DNA from: Candidatus Pacebacteria bacterium RIFOXYA1_FULL_38_18
GTDB lineage: Bacteria > Patescibacteriota > Microgenomatia > UBA1400 > PJMF01
Length of the DNA stretch: 64,000 nt
Direction of reading: 5' to 3'
Assembly: GCA_001787405.1 (NCBI GenBank)
Contig: MFWV01000007.1
Location: 15,694-79,693, forward strand
The notes below the pieces were generated by a model. It saw only the letters and a list, made by a program, of their open reading frames with translations. It did no database searches and was not told where the DNA came from. Made by a program: the position numbers and the translations under genes. Each line of letters begins with the position of its first letter. The first letter of the stretch is position 1. Below, one piece after another: positions 1-10,200 of the stretch.

Positions 1-1
1 T

Positions 2-457
2 GGAAATGAACGGTTTTTTCCAGAGGAAAATAATTCTCAGCAAGAGAATCTTTCTCAACTTCCAAGAATTTTATTGATAGATAATGATTCTTTTATACGT
101 ACCCTTTTGGCATTTCAAATTGAAAAAAGATCTGGTCAAGAAGTTGTAGTCAATGATGTGGGTAGTATTAATGAGGCTTTTGTAATGTTGGAGTTATCAA
201 TGCGGAGAAAATCAGGATCAAAACAATCAAGCCCTTTTTATGGTCACATTATTATCAGTATTTTTGATGGTGATTATGGACTTGATGAATATGAACGGTT
301 TTTGAAATTTGCACAGAAATTGAGTATTCCTGTGACTCTATTTCTACTTGACAGCGATGAAGACTTGATCAATTTGGCAGTAAAATATAAAGCAAGAGTG
401 GTATACAAAGGCGGAATAGACATTCCAACATTAGCTCAGTTTCAAATAAATTTTTGA
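2..457 (+). CDS. CheY-like receiver-domain protein, 5'-truncated by the window edge. The reading frame is open from nt 2; the ORF track starts it at a TTG at 74.
   Basis: The frame is open from the window start and translates to ...PRILLIDNDSFIRTLL..., the typical start of a receiver domain. A later ...IISIFDGDYG... patch resembles the phospho-acceptor region. The similarity is weak and partial. Confidence 0.3.
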   Translation, partial: GNERFFPEENNSQQENLSQLPRILLIDNDSFIRTLLAFQIEKRSGQEVVVNDVGSINEAFVMLELSMRRKSGSKQSSPFYGHIIISIFDGDYGLDEYERFLKFAQKLSIPVTLFLLDSDEDLINLAVKYKARVVYKGGIDIPTLAQFQINF

Positions 458-487
458 AAATTCCAAGTTGATCGATTACCTAAAATA

Positions 488-943
488 CTAGATTAACCAG
501 CCGACAATTATCAGCAAGACTATTTGTGGAGCCAGTCCCAGTAAAAAATCGGGAATGGAGTGATGAAAAAAACCATGGAATTGATTAATTTTGTGTAAAA
601 ATCGGGGTTCCCAGCGCAGAAAATTGCGAGGAGCTTCCATAAAATCTGGAACGAGTGATAAAAATGTTCCTGCCCAGACGTGAAGATTGAGTTCGCTTTG
701 GCCCGCTTGCCAAAATAAATAAACCAAGCCCAGCGCAATAGCTAGATCAAAAATTTCCAAAATAAAAGCGGTGCTTCGTTTTCTAGTGCCATTTGATAGA
801 CCCGTACCTACGTCCCAATGAGGAATCCAATCTTCTAAATAATGAGAGGCCAAAATTAGGGGAACATAAAGTGCTGGATGGGGCAGTTTGGCAGCAATGA
901 AAGCTCCAGTCACTGCATGCGATACAGAAAGCATGAAAAGCAT
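488..943 (-). CDS. hypothetical polytopic membrane protein
   Basis: The 151-aa ORF has several hydrophobic helices and His/Asp-rich loops. No family was recognised. Confidence 0.4.
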   Translation of the reverse strand: MLFMLSVSHAVTGAFIAAKLPHPALYVPLILASHYLEDWIPHWDVGTGLSNGTRKRSTAFILEIFDLAIALGLVYLFWQAGQSELNLHVWAGTFLSLVPDFMEAPRNFLRWEPRFLHKINQFHGFFHHSIPDFLLGLAPQIVLLIIVGWLI

Positions 944-958
944 TATATACTAAGTAAG

Positions 959-1786
959 ATGTGGCCGATTTTATTTTCTTTTAGCTCAATCAGTCTGCCT
1001 TCAGCTTGGGTATTGTTATTAGTGGGATTTTTTGTCAGTGGTTTTGCGTTTTGGAGGCGAGGCAAAGAAGAGCATTATTCAGAACTACAATTGTTTGATG
1101 GTTTTTTATTATCGTTTTTAATGGGAGCGATTGGAGCAAGATTGGGTTTTATTTTATTGCATTTTGATCAATTTGGTTGGAATTTATTTAATTGGTTGAA
1201 TTTGACGAATAAGCCTGGAAGTCAGGACTTATTTTTTTTACTAGTCTCTACTTTATTTCTGTATCGATTTGCCAAACGCAAAAAATGGGATGTTTTTGAG
1301 GTTCTAGATTTTTGGTCGCTTTCATTGTCACTTTGGTTGATTTTTAATTCGTTGGCAGATTTTCTGACTGGTGCTGGGCGTGGAAAATTTACCAATTGGT
1401 GGGTGGGTATAGTTTTTCCAGGGTCTATTGAAAAAACTCATCCGGTTCAACTTTATTTTACCGGTTTTTATTTGTTACTTTTTATTTATTTAGTTTGGGT
1501 AGAAAGTCGCTATCGTATTTTTGATTGGTATCGCATGGGTAGAAAATCGGCCCGAGCAGGATTCATGATTAGCACTTTTATTATTTTCTTTTCTCTTTTT
1601 TCAGCATTGATGCTTTTGTTCCGCCTGCCCGAGTTTTTCCTGGGTAATTTAGCAGTAGATATTTGGTTTTATTTATTTGGTGTATTTTTTGGTGTGCAAT
1701 TATTATTGCGTCGTTCGGACAAACCATTACTTCCCAATGCTTTTAGAAAACGTTTTGAGAGATCACATGAAGAAATCCTTCCCTAA
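959..1786 (+). CDS. lgt: prolipoprotein diacylglyceryl transferase-like membrane protein. The start is set at the internal Met MWPIL..., which avoids overlap with the upstream minus-strand ORF.
   Basis: Multi-pass membrane protein with an Lgt-like motif MGAIGARLGF and a downstream GRGKFTNWWVGIVFPGS segment resembling the Lgt signature region. Confidence 0.45.
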   Translation: MWPILFSFSSISLPSAWVLLLVGFFVSGFAFWRRGKEEHYSELQLFDGFLLSFLMGAIGARLGFILLHFDQFGWNLFNWLNLTNKPGSQDLFFLLVSTLFLYRFAKRKKWDVFEVLDFWSLSLSLWLIFNSLADFLTGAGRGKFTNWWVGIVFPGSIEKTHPVQLYFTGFYLLLFIYLVWVESRYRIFDWYRMGRKSARAGFMISTFIIFFSLFSALMLLFRLPEFFLGNLAVDIWFYLFGVFFGVQLLLRRSDKPLLPNAFRKRFERSHEEILP

Positions 1787-2609
1787 ACCAGAAATACTAT
1801 TTGAAGATGAAGATTTAATGGTAATTAATAAACCCGGTGGAGTAGTGGTCAATCGTGCTACTTCTGTTGTGGGAGAGACTTTGCAAGATTGGTTTATTGA
1901 TCGTCAAAAAACTCAAAAAATACTCACTGGTTGGTCCAAACAATTGCCAGAAGATTTTTCTGATGAATATGGTAGCCCAGAGGAGATTTATGCTCAGCGA
2001 CAGGGAATGGTGCATCGGCTGGACAAAGATACCAGCGGAGCAATGCTTTTTGCCAAACATCCAGGCAGTTTGATCAATCTGCTAGCCCAATTTCGCCAAA
2101 AATTAGTGCAAAAAGAATATTTAGCATTAACTCATGGCAAATTTCGAGTAGAGCAGGGGACACTTACTTCTCCATTGGGTCGCTCACACACTGATCGACA
2201 AAAATTTACGGTTACTATCACTGGTCGGCCAGCAATTACTCAATATCAAGTAGAACAAGTTTTTACTGATTTTAATTGGTCCAAATTGGAAGAGAGACTA
2301 GGGGAGAGAGTGGCGGAGTTGAAAAAAAATCAACGATTTTATGAACAGGGTTTTTCCTTGGTTCGCTGTTTGCCCAAGACCGGCAGGACTCATCAAATTC
2401 GTGTGCATTTAGCTCATGAGCAACATCCATTGGTAGGGGACACCAAGTATATTGGCCGAAAACGCGCCAAACTGGACCCCCTTTGGTGTCCGCGCCATTT
2501 TTTACACGCTCAAGTCTTGGAATTCAATCATCCCAGAACAAATGCTCGCCAGCGATTTGAAGCAAAATTGGCTCCTGAGCTCAACTTAGTGCTCACGTTT
2601 TTGCAATAA
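1767..2609 (+). CDS. RluA-family 23S rRNA pseudouridine synthase; start taken at the MKKSFPK... Met
   Basis: Catalytic motif HRLDKDTSGAMLFAK and a C-terminal GRTHQIRVHLA...PLVGDTKY motif, both typical of RluA/RluD enzymes. Confidence 0.8.
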   Translation: MKKSFPKPEILFEDEDLMVINKPGGVVVNRATSVVGETLQDWFIDRQKTQKILTGWSKQLPEDFSDEYGSPEEIYAQRQGMVHRLDKDTSGAMLFAKHPGSLINLLAQFRQKLVQKEYLALTHGKFRVEQGTLTSPLGRSHTDRQKFTVTITGRPAITQYQVEQVFTDFNWSKLEERLGERVAELKKNQRFYEQGFSLVRCLPKTGRTHQIRVHLAHEQHPLVGDTKYIGRKRAKLDPLWCPRHFLHAQVLEFNHPRTNARQRFEAKLAPELNLVLTFLQ

Positions 2610-2742
2610 TTATTTCGTGCTTACGTTTTTGCCAGATTATCTATCAAGATTATCTATTATCCAATTATTCAAAATTATGTCATTTCCATTTTTTTTGATG
2701 ATTGATGTTTAATAAAACTTGCCTGATCGGTTATAATTCGTT

Positions 2743-3390
2743 ATGAATTTCAAAGAGATTTCTTTTCCAGAAGAGAAAGTTAAATACATTTTTGTTAGTG
2801 AAAAACAGTTAACTGCACTGACTCGCGAACTAGCCAGGAAGATTTTGGCCGATTTGGCCAATAATGGTTCAATTGATTATCTGGTAGCAATGGGTAAAGG
2901 TGGTTGGACCGTGGCTCGCAGTTTATTTGGTTACTTACAACCAACTGGTTTACAAGAAACAGTCAACGTAGGAGCGCGCTCTTATAAAGGAATTGGACAG
3001 GGAGGTTCGGTTAATATTTACCAGGAATTAAGTCCAGAATTGGAACAAGAATTAAGTGGGAAAAGTGTATTGGTAGTCGATGACTTAACAGATACAGGCC
3101 ATCAATTGCAGGCTGTTGAACAATATTTGCGCAAACTGGGAATAGATAAAATTTTATCAGCTGTTTTATTTTCAAAACCCAGTTCTAGTGCAGAAATAAA
3201 TTATTGGGCTGAAACTACAAGTGCTTGGATTATTTTTGCTTATGAATCTTTTGAAACCATGAAGGAACTTGATCAAAATTGGCAAGCCAAAGGTATTCCT
3301 GAATCAGAGATTAGAGATCGTTTTATAGCAATAGGTTTTGATTCAGAGGACATTGATTTTTATTGGGAATATCGCGTTAACAATGATTAA
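2743..3390 (+). CDS. type I phosphoribosyltransferase-domain protein, probably purine/pyrimidine salvage
   Basis: PRPP-binding motif VLVVDDLTDTGHQL; 215 aa. Confidence 0.5.
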   Translation: MNFKEISFPEEKVKYIFVSEKQLTALTRELARKILADLANNGSIDYLVAMGKGGWTVARSLFGYLQPTGLQETVNVGARSYKGIGQGGSVNIYQELSPELEQELSGKSVLVVDDLTDTGHQLQAVEQYLRKLGIDKILSAVLFSKPSSSAEINYWAETTSAWIIFAYESFETMKELDQNWQAKGIPESEIRDRFIAIGFDSEDIDFYWEYRVNND

Positions 3391-3478
3391 AACTTCTATC
3401 AATTTTCTCCAATCTTGTTCAACTGCCGAAGGCTGAACCTTTTTTCTACGGTATTTTCATTTATAGTAAAGGAAAGTT

Positions 3479-4801
3479 ATGAACAAAGATCAAGTTTTTA
3501 AATTAATCGAAAAAGAAGAAGCGCGCCAGAAAAAAATGATTGGCCTTATTCCTTCTGAAAATCATATTTCTCCAGAGGTTTCATCAGTATTATCCAGCTC
3601 GCTTTCTAGTAAATATGCCGAGGGCTATCCTCGCCGTCGTTATTATGAAGGCAATCAAATAATTGACGAGATTGAGCTTTTAGCTCAGGAACGAATTAAA
3701 AAATTGTTTAATGTACCTCACGCCAACGTACAGCCTTATTCTGGTTCGCCAGCCAATAGCGCGGTGCAGTTTGCTTTGCTGGAAACCGGGGATACGATGA
3801 TGGGTTTGGCGTTGTCTGGTGGGGGACATTTGACCCACGGTCATCCCAAAGTAACGTTTTCTGGTAAATACTTTAACTCGGTGCAATATGGTCTGGATAA
3901 GAATGACCGAATTGATTTTGATCAAGTGCATGAATTGGCCAGTAAACATCGGCCTAAGTTGATGATCATTGGCAACACTGCCTATCCATTTGTAATGGAC
4001 TTTGAGCGTTTTCGAAAAATTGCTGACGAAGTTGGAGCTTGGGTATTAGCGGACATTTCTCATGTGACTGGTCTAGTAGTGACTGGAGAGCATCCTTCTC
4101 CCGTGCCACATGTTGATTTGATCATGAGTACCACCCACAAGACTTTTCGTGGGCCACGTGGCGCCATGATTTTGGTGACTCAGCGAGGTTTGGATAGAGA
4201 TCCAAAATTGGCCGAGAAAATCGATCAAGCTGTTTTTCCAGCTTTGCAGGGAGGTCCGCACAATGCTACTACTGCTGGAATTGCCGTTGCTGCAGCAGAG
4301 GCAATGAAGCCTGAGTTCAAAAAATATGGTCAACAAATCAGGAAAAACGCCGATACTTTGGCTAAAGCCTTGCAGGATAGAGGACTTAAACTAGTTGGCA
4401 ATGGCACAGAGACTCATTTAATGTTGATTGATTTGACCAATTACAGTAAAGGCATGGGTCTGCAAGTGGCTTTTGCTATGGACGTGGCAGGCATGTATGC
4501 CAATCGCAACACCATTCCTCATGAACCGGTTTCACCATTTTATCCGTCTGGAGTTCGTCTGGGCACACCGATGGTAACTACTAGAGGGATGAAAGAAGCA
4601 GAAATGAAACAGATTGCTGATTGGATTGCTAGAGTCGTAGAAGAAGTCAAAGATGAAGTATTGCCAAGCGACAAAACCGAGAGACGAACTTTCATCAAGA
4701 CTTTTCGAGCCAAGGCTTTGCAAAATAAAAACTTATTGGCCATTCGTCGCGAAGTAGAGACTATGGCTAGTAAATATCCCTTGTTTACTTGGGGTAAGTA
4801 A
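3479..4801 (+). CDS. glyA: serine hydroxymethyltransferase
   Basis: Matches SKYAEGYPRRRYYEGNQ, VQPYSGSPAN and LSGGGHLTHG over the full 440-aa length. Confidence 0.9.
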   Translation: MNKDQVFKLIEKEEARQKKMIGLIPSENHISPEVSSVLSSSLSSKYAEGYPRRRYYEGNQIIDEIELLAQERIKKLFNVPHANVQPYSGSPANSAVQFALLETGDTMMGLALSGGGHLTHGHPKVTFSGKYFNSVQYGLDKNDRIDFDQVHELASKHRPKLMIIGNTAYPFVMDFERFRKIADEVGAWVLADISHVTGLVVTGEHPSPVPHVDLIMSTTHKTFRGPRGAMILVTQRGLDRDPKLAEKIDQAVFPALQGGPHNATTAGIAVAAAEAMKPEFKKYGQQIRKNADTLAKALQDRGLKLVGNGTETHLMLIDLTNYSKGMGLQVAFAMDVAGMYANRNTIPHEPVSPFYPSGVRLGTPMVTTRGMKEAEMKQIADWIARVVEEVKDEVLPSDKTERRTFIKTFRAKALQNKNLLAIRREVETMASKYPLFTWGK

Positions 4802-4819
4802 ATAACAAATTTAAAACAA

Positions 4820-5671
4820 ATGCCAAACATACGCAGAATTGGAGCTCATTTATCGACTAGTGGGGGAGTAGAAAAGGCTGTGGAGCGAGCGCATGGGATT
4901 GGCGCAAACACGCTCCAAGTTTTTTCTGGTAGTCCCAGGATGTGGCGTCGCACGCCTCTTGAGAAAATTGATGCGCGAGCAGTAAAACAGGCTCAAGAAA
5001 AATACGACGTTACCCCGATTTTTACTCACGCGTTGTACTTGGTAAACTTGGCTTCTGAAAACCCAGAATTGGTGGAGAAATCTGTTTCCGCTCTCAAACA
5101 TGATCTCCAATTTGATGCGCACATCGGTGGTGCGGGAGTAGTTGTACATCTGGGCAGTCATCAGGGAAGAGGTTTTGCGGCGGCGCGGGAGTCAGTTGCC
5201 AGATCCATCAAAGATATTTTGGCAGACACCCCCAAAAATTCTCATTTGTTAATTGAAAACGCCGCCGCCCACAACGGTAAAGTTGGTGGTCAATTGGAAG
5301 AAATAGCTTGGATTTTGGCAAAAGTTCATTCTCCCAGATTAGGTTGGTGCTTTGATACTTGTCATGCTTTTGCTGCTGGCTACACTTTGGCCGGAATTAA
5401 TCAACAAACAGACGCTTTGACAGTCATAAAAAAACTCAATTTATTTCCAGCTCTTAAATGCATTCATATTAATGACAGTAAAGATGCACTCAATTCCGGT
5501 CGAGATAGGCACGCCAATATTGGTGACGGTGAAATTCCTCGAGCAGATTTGAAACAATTTTTACATGATCAGCGCCTGACTCTACTACCAATTATTACCG
5601 AAGTACCTGGCATAGATGGCAATGGTCCAGACGCAGAAAATATTCGTCGCATCAAAAGCCTGGTAAAATAA
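4820..5671 (+). CDS. nfo: endonuclease IV (AP endonuclease, TIM-barrel)
   Basis: IGAHLSTSGG...ANTLQVF, LIENAA, CFDTCHAFAAGY; 283 aa. Confidence 0.85.
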   Translation: MPNIRRIGAHLSTSGGVEKAVERAHGIGANTLQVFSGSPRMWRRTPLEKIDARAVKQAQEKYDVTPIFTHALYLVNLASENPELVEKSVSALKHDLQFDAHIGGAGVVVHLGSHQGRGFAAARESVARSIKDILADTPKNSHLLIENAAAHNGKVGGQLEEIAWILAKVHSPRLGWCFDTCHAFAAGYTLAGINQQTDALTVIKKLNLFPALKCIHINDSKDALNSGRDRHANIGDGEIPRADLKQFLHDQRLTLLPIITEVPGIDGNGPDAENIRRIKSLVK

Positions 5672-5675
5672 GCTA

Positions 5676-6599
5676 GTGCAAACCCAAATTATTGATGGCT
5701 TTCAATTAGCCGAGCAACACCGTTTAGCCCTCGCTCCTCGAGTTAAAGAACTACTTGCTCAGGGCAAAAAACCAAGTGTGGCAGCAATCTTATTTGTCGA
5801 AGATTCTGGTAGCGTGTTGTACACCAAACTCAAACGAGAAATGGCGCAAAGTCTGGGTATTAATTATCAAATTTTTTCATATTCACTCAATGACTCGGTT
5901 CAGCAAGTTGCTAGTAAGATTGAAGAGCTTGGCAGAGATGCAAAAGTGACTGGAATCATCGTCCAAAAACCTTGGCGCAACTTATGGATCGTTACTCGTA
6001 AGCTTGAATTGGAACAAGGAAAACGAGAGTTTTCCGCCTGGTGGAAGCAACTAACTTCTGCCATTAATCCAGTCAAAGATGTTGATGGTCTGCATCCCTC
6101 AACTTTAACAGCCATTCAATCAGGCACTTGGCAGATAAAAAACAAAGTTTTGCCAGCCACCTGCAAAGCTGTTATTGAACTTGCCAAAGAAGCTTTTGCC
6201 ACTGAAGATTTATTTGCTTACCTTAAAAATCAGCAATTAAAAACAATCATTTTGGGCAAGTCAGATTTGTTGGGTCAACCGTTATTTGCATTACTTAACT
6301 CAAAAAAATTATTAGTAGAAATGATTGGTTCACAGGAATTAAGCAAAAGAATAGAACAAAAAGTTTTTTTAACTGATGCCGATCTAATCATCAGCGCCAC
6401 TGGCCGAAGAAAACTCGTAACCGGTGCATTGATTAAAACTGGAGCTGTCATCATTGATGTGGGCGAACCACAGGGAGATGTAGATTTGACTAGCGTCTTG
6501 AATAAAGCCAAGGCGGTTACTCCAGTACCAGGCGGAGTAGGGCCAATGACAGTGATTTGTTTGCTGGAAAATACCATCGAGTTACTAGATATGTTATAA
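5676..6599 (+). CDS. folD: bifunctional methylenetetrahydrofolate dehydrogenase/cyclohydrolase FolD, with a GTG start
   Basis: C-terminal VTPVPGGVGPMTVICLLENT and a KDVDGLHP motif. There is an atypical roughly 25-aa insertion before the KDVDG motif. Confidence 0.8.
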   Translation: MQTQIIDGFQLAEQHRLALAPRVKELLAQGKKPSVAAILFVEDSGSVLYTKLKREMAQSLGINYQIFSYSLNDSVQQVASKIEELGRDAKVTGIIVQKPWRNLWIVTRKLELEQGKREFSAWWKQLTSAINPVKDVDGLHPSTLTAIQSGTWQIKNKVLPATCKAVIELAKEAFATEDLFAYLKNQQLKTIILGKSDLLGQPLFALLNSKKLLVEMIGSQELSKRIEQKVFLTDADLIISATGRRKLVTGALIKTGAVIIDVGEPQGDVDLTSVLNKAKAVTPVPGGVGPMTVICLLENTIELLDML

Positions 6600-6618
6600 T
6601 ACCCGCTATTCCAGACCT

Positions 6619-6957
6619 ATGAATATAGCAGAAGTCTTATCGACCGGCGGTAGTTTTTTTCATTCACGACCAACTAAGGAGCGTGGTGTTGTTGATCTTG
6701 GTGATCTTGGTGAATTGTTAAAACAAGAATTAAAACAGTTTACTCCTGATCTTAATTTCGAATCGATTCAAGCTTTGGTTGAAAAACATGGTGGCAGTTT
6801 GGAGTTGATTGCTGATGAAGACGAAACCTTTTGGACTCTAATATTTAAAAAGCCCATCGGTTTGGAACAACAAAAAGGAAGTAAAACCAGTATTACTAAT
6901 TCTAGTAAAGAAAAAATAATGCAATCAGCATACTGGTTGATCATTACGTCTTTATAA
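6619..6957 (+). CDS. hypothetical protein
   Basis: 112-aa ORF between folD and rpsB with no recognisable motif. Coding status is uncertain. Confidence 0.3.
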   Translation: MNIAEVLSTGGSFFHSRPTKERGVVDLGDLGELLKQELKQFTPDLNFESIQALVEKHGGSLELIADEDETFWTLIFKKPIGLEQQKGSKTSITNSSKEKIMQSAYWLIITSL

Positions 6958-7104
6958 GAACCAATTTCTGTTTTGCCAAAATCCAGACTATCAAGTATAA
7001 TTCCGTTTATTATTAGTTACTTTCGCTAATTCACTTTAAGCGTCCTGCAATTTGGTGAATGAAGCGCTCTCGCTAAAGAAAGTGAGAAAATAAGGACAAA
7101 AAAT

Positions 7105-7839
7105 ATGACTGATCTAAACAAACTTCCACAACAAGCACCTGAGTATGATCTTCGAGAATTACTCGAGGCTGGCATGCATTTTGGCCATGCTAGTGCCAAA
7201 TGGCATCCCAAAATGAAGGAATTTATTTATACCGAAAAAGATGGTATGCATATTTTTGATTTGGCTAAAACAGCAGCACAACTCACCAAAGCTTACAACT
7301 ATCTTTTTGATCTAGGTAAAAATGGAAAAAAAGTAATTTTTGTGGGTACCAAACGTCAAATTCGCGAATCAGTTCGAGAAACTGCTGAGCAAGCGGGCGC
7401 TTTTTTTATTGCTCAGCGCTGGATGGGTGGGCTACTTACCAACTGGGATCAAATTAGTAAATCAGTGCGTCGTATGAACGAAATTGATGAAGGTTTGGAA
7501 GCTGGTAAGTTTGATGGTTACACCAAATTTGAACGTGTTCAGTTAGAAAAAGAGCAGGGGAGACTGGCTCGTTTTTTTGAGGGAGTCAAAGGTCTAAAAG
7601 GCACTCCAGATTGTTTAGTAGTGATTGACCCCAAGAGAGAAAAAATTGCTGTAGCTGAAGCGCAAAAAGTGGGAGTACCCATAGTTGCTCTTATTGATTC
7701 AAATACTGATCCAGATCAAATTATGTTGCCCATTCCTGGTAATGATGATGCAGTCAGTAGTATTTTGTTGGTACTCAAACAATTGACAGAAGCTTATTTG
7801 CAAGGAAAAAAAGCTACCAAAAAACCCGCAAATAATTAA
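7105..7839 (+). CDS. rpsB: 30S ribosomal protein S2
   Basis: LLEAGMHFGHASAKWHPKMKEFIY...; canonical rpsB-tsf pair. Confidence 0.9.
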   Translation: MTDLNKLPQQAPEYDLRELLEAGMHFGHASAKWHPKMKEFIYTEKDGMHIFDLAKTAAQLTKAYNYLFDLGKNGKKVIFVGTKRQIRESVRETAEQAGAFFIAQRWMGGLLTNWDQISKSVRRMNEIDEGLEAGKFDGYTKFERVQLEKEQGRLARFFEGVKGLKGTPDCLVVIDPKREKIAVAEAQKVGVPIVALIDSNTDPDQIMLPIPGNDDAVSSILLVLKQLTEAYLQGKKATKKPANN

Positions 7840-7858
7840 TAATAAAATAGGAGTCAGT

Positions 7859-8326
7859 ATGTCATTTTCTATGGATGATCTCAAAAAATTACGCACAGAA
7901 ACAGGTGCTCGGGTGATGGATGCCAAAAAAGCTTTGGAAGAAGCTCAAGGTGATTTTGCCAAAGCTAAACAATTGGTCGAAGAAAAAGGTTTGGCCAGAG
8001 CAGAGAAGACCGTTGACCGAGAAACAAAAGCTGGTTTTATTGCCAATTATGTTCACAATAATGGGCAAGTAGCCAGTCTTGTTGAGTTGGTTTGCGAAAC
8101 AGATTTTGTGGCTCAGAATCAAGAATTTCGAGATTTAGGTCGTGAAATTGCCATGCAAGTTTCTGCCATGAATCCTGCTGATGTAAAAGAGCTTTTGGAT
8201 CAAGAATTTATTCGTGATGCCAGCCAAACTATCGGAAAATTGATTAAGTCACTCAGTGGCAAAATCGGTGAAAAAATCGAAGTCAGTCGATTTGCACGCT
8301 TTGCGATAGGCGATGAGCAAAAATAA
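7859..8326 (+). CDS. tsf: elongation factor Ts, short 155-aa form
   Basis: N-terminal LRTETGARVMDAKKAL...AKA plus a conserved dimerisation core. It lies immediately downstream of rpsB. Confidence 0.85.
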   Translation: MSFSMDDLKKLRTETGARVMDAKKALEEAQGDFAKAKQLVEEKGLARAEKTVDRETKAGFIANYVHNNGQVASLVELVCETDFVAQNQEFRDLGREIAMQVSAMNPADVKELLDQEFIRDASQTIGKLIKSLSGKIGEKIEVSRFARFAIGDEQK

Positions 8327-8374
8327 AAATAGCTCTGCTTTACACTTTCCCTATATTTTCTGCATAATGCACTA

Positions 8375-9319
8375 GTGAAAGATTTCATTGGTTTGAAACC
8401 CAAGCATAAGAATCCTCGTTCTGGGATTGGCCATAACAAGAAAAAAACTTCTACTAGTCGTTTTATTCGTTGGACAACCGGTTTGAGTTTATTAATTGTG
8501 CTGGTTTTCTTTATTGCCTTAGTTTTTAGATCTTTGCCTTGGGCCGATATTTTTACTGGCCGAACCTCTGAAACAGTCTTGTTTGTCACTGAACAAGTTG
8601 AACAAAGTGGGGCGTTTTTAATCAAGTTTGATTTTACTAATTTGCAAGTGGATGTTTATCCCGTTCCTTCTGATTTAGCTATGGAAGTATTGGGAGGTTA
8701 TGGAAATTATCGTTTTCAGGCTGTTTACCCTTTATTAAAATTGGAAGGTCAGGATATTTCTTTTATTCGTTCCACTATGAGTCTTTCCACTGGTGTTTTG
8801 CTGGATGAGTTATGGCCAGTTAATACCAATCACTTGCAATTAGATCAACTTGCTTATCTAAAAACTTTTTTTCTAAAAAATTTTCTGGCTGGCTCGCACA
8901 TTGCTTTAAAACATAAATTAAGTTGGTTAGGATTAGTTCTGGACCAACGTTCTGAAATTACTATTCATCAACCTTTGGTAATCTTACCTGTTTCCAATTT
9001 ATCGCAAGCAAACACCAGCAAAGAGTTATTGTGCACTGTTGCTTTGGTCAATACTACTTCTTTAAATGGTTTGGCCGGCAGAATTGAGCATTTGCTGGAA
9101 AGTCACGATTTTAGAGTCATAAGGACTACGAGTGACGATACTTTGATAGAAAAAACTACGGTAATTTCGGCAGAAGACTTATCTGATGATTGTCAACAAG
9201 TATTTAACAAAATCTTGAAACTGGTGCCCAGCGAGGTAGTATTACAGCAAAATGCTCAAGAAACTTCTTATTATCGAGCTGATCTAGTGATAAAGTTGGG
9301 GACAGACCTTGTTTGGTAG
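8375..9319 (+). CDS. membrane-anchored protein with a C-terminal LytR_C-like domain
   Basis: N-terminal TM helix. The C-terminal ALVNTTSLNGLAGRIEHLLESHDFRVIRTT...YYRADLVIKLG resembles the LytR_C domain (cell envelope-related transcriptional attenuator). Confidence 0.45.
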   Translation: MKDFIGLKPKHKNPRSGIGHNKKKTSTSRFIRWTTGLSLLIVLVFFIALVFRSLPWADIFTGRTSETVLFVTEQVEQSGAFLIKFDFTNLQVDVYPVPSDLAMEVLGGYGNYRFQAVYPLLKLEGQDISFIRSTMSLSTGVLLDELWPVNTNHLQLDQLAYLKTFFLKNFLAGSHIALKHKLSWLGLVLDQRSEITIHQPLVILPVSNLSQANTSKELLCTVALVNTTSLNGLAGRIEHLLESHDFRVIRTTSDDTLIEKTTVISAEDLSDDCQQVFNKILKLVPSEVVLQQNAQETSYYRADLVIKLGTDLVW

Positions 9320-9322
9320 GAT

Positions 9323-10078
9323 TTAGTAATCTTCACCTTTATTAATTTTCTCCAAAGTGTCTTCAAATTCTTTATTACGATCATTCTCATGCTCACCGGT
9401 CTCGACTGGAATATCATCCTCTATGAGAAATTCTTCATCTGCATTCAAGCTGGAAATAATTTTATTGTTTAATTTGCCGACTGGGAAAGATTGAAAATGT
9501 TTATTTTTGGCTGATATCTTTATTTCTCTCAAATGCACACTGCAGCTATTTTCAGAAAAAGAATGAACTAAACACTGGTATTCATTGCCTCGCTTGATAA
9601 GCTTGTTGAGTCGATAAGAAAGATCGTCTGGTAGGGCGCCGATATATTTACCGCTCTCGGTTGCAATTGATAAATATTTGTTCTTTTTACTTACTAGTTT
9701 GCAAGGTTCTCCAACGCGAAGTTTTATAAGGGTATTTTTGGGTGCCAAACGATGGAGCTCAGCAATCTTGGTTCTGCCTGGTTCTTCGATAAAATAAGTG
9801 TTGGAGATAGGAGCAGCAGTGCCGTTTTTGTTTTTTAGATTGTCCAAATGTTTTTTGGCAATTAAATTGGATTTATCTTTTTCCAAAACAGCCTTGAAAG
9901 CTTGTCGGGCTTTGATCGGTTTGCCCAATTGAGCATAGGCCAACCCCAAACGATTAAGTGCTCCCAAATCATTATTTGAGCGTTCTAGAATTTGCTCGTT
10001 GATCTTGATGGCATCTTCCCAAGCCTGAGTTTTGGCGGCGGCAATGGCTTCTTGGACAAGTGTGGCGTATTTTTTCAT
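9323..10078 (-). CDS. TPR-repeat protein with an uncharacterised C-terminal domain
   Basis: N-terminal TPR-like helices (AWEDAIKINEQIL...LGLAYAQLGKPIKARQAFKAVLEKD). The rest is unrecognised. Confidence 0.45.
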   Translation of the reverse strand: MKKYATLVQEAIAAAKTQAWEDAIKINEQILERSNNDLGALNRLGLAYAQLGKPIKARQAFKAVLEKDKSNLIAKKHLDNLKNKNGTAAPISNTYFIEEPGRTKIAELHRLAPKNTLIKLRVGEPCKLVSKKNKYLSIATESGKYIGALPDDLSYRLNKLIKRGNEYQCLVHSFSENSCSVHLREIKISAKNKHFQSFPVGKLNNKIISSLNADEEFLIEDDIPVETGEHENDRNKEFEDTLEKINKGEDY

Positions 10079-10142
10079 GAATTTATTTTCTTTTAAATCT
10101 CTCTTAAAACCTCGCGTGCAAGAATACTGGCACAGTCTTATA

Positions 10143-10171
10143 TTGTCAACCGGAGGCTAGTCGCCTACAAT
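10143..10171 (+). promoter_or_regulatory. sigma70-type promoter: TTGTCA, 17-bp spacer, TACAAT, upstream of the YebC-family gene
   Basis: The hexamers and spacing were read directly. A purine-rich RBS precedes the ATG at 10201. Confidence 0.4.
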
Positions 10172-10200
10172 CGCTCTAGAGGCTAAAGAAAGGAAATTTT

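Noticed and set aside
878-958. Upstream extension of the Lgt-like ORF (MGQFGSNESSSHCMRYRK...) overlapping the minus-strand gene by 66 bp
   Set aside because: The extension is hydrophilic and Cys/His-rich, unlike Lgt N-termini. An internal Met (MWPILF...) starts the first TM helix and removes the overlap.
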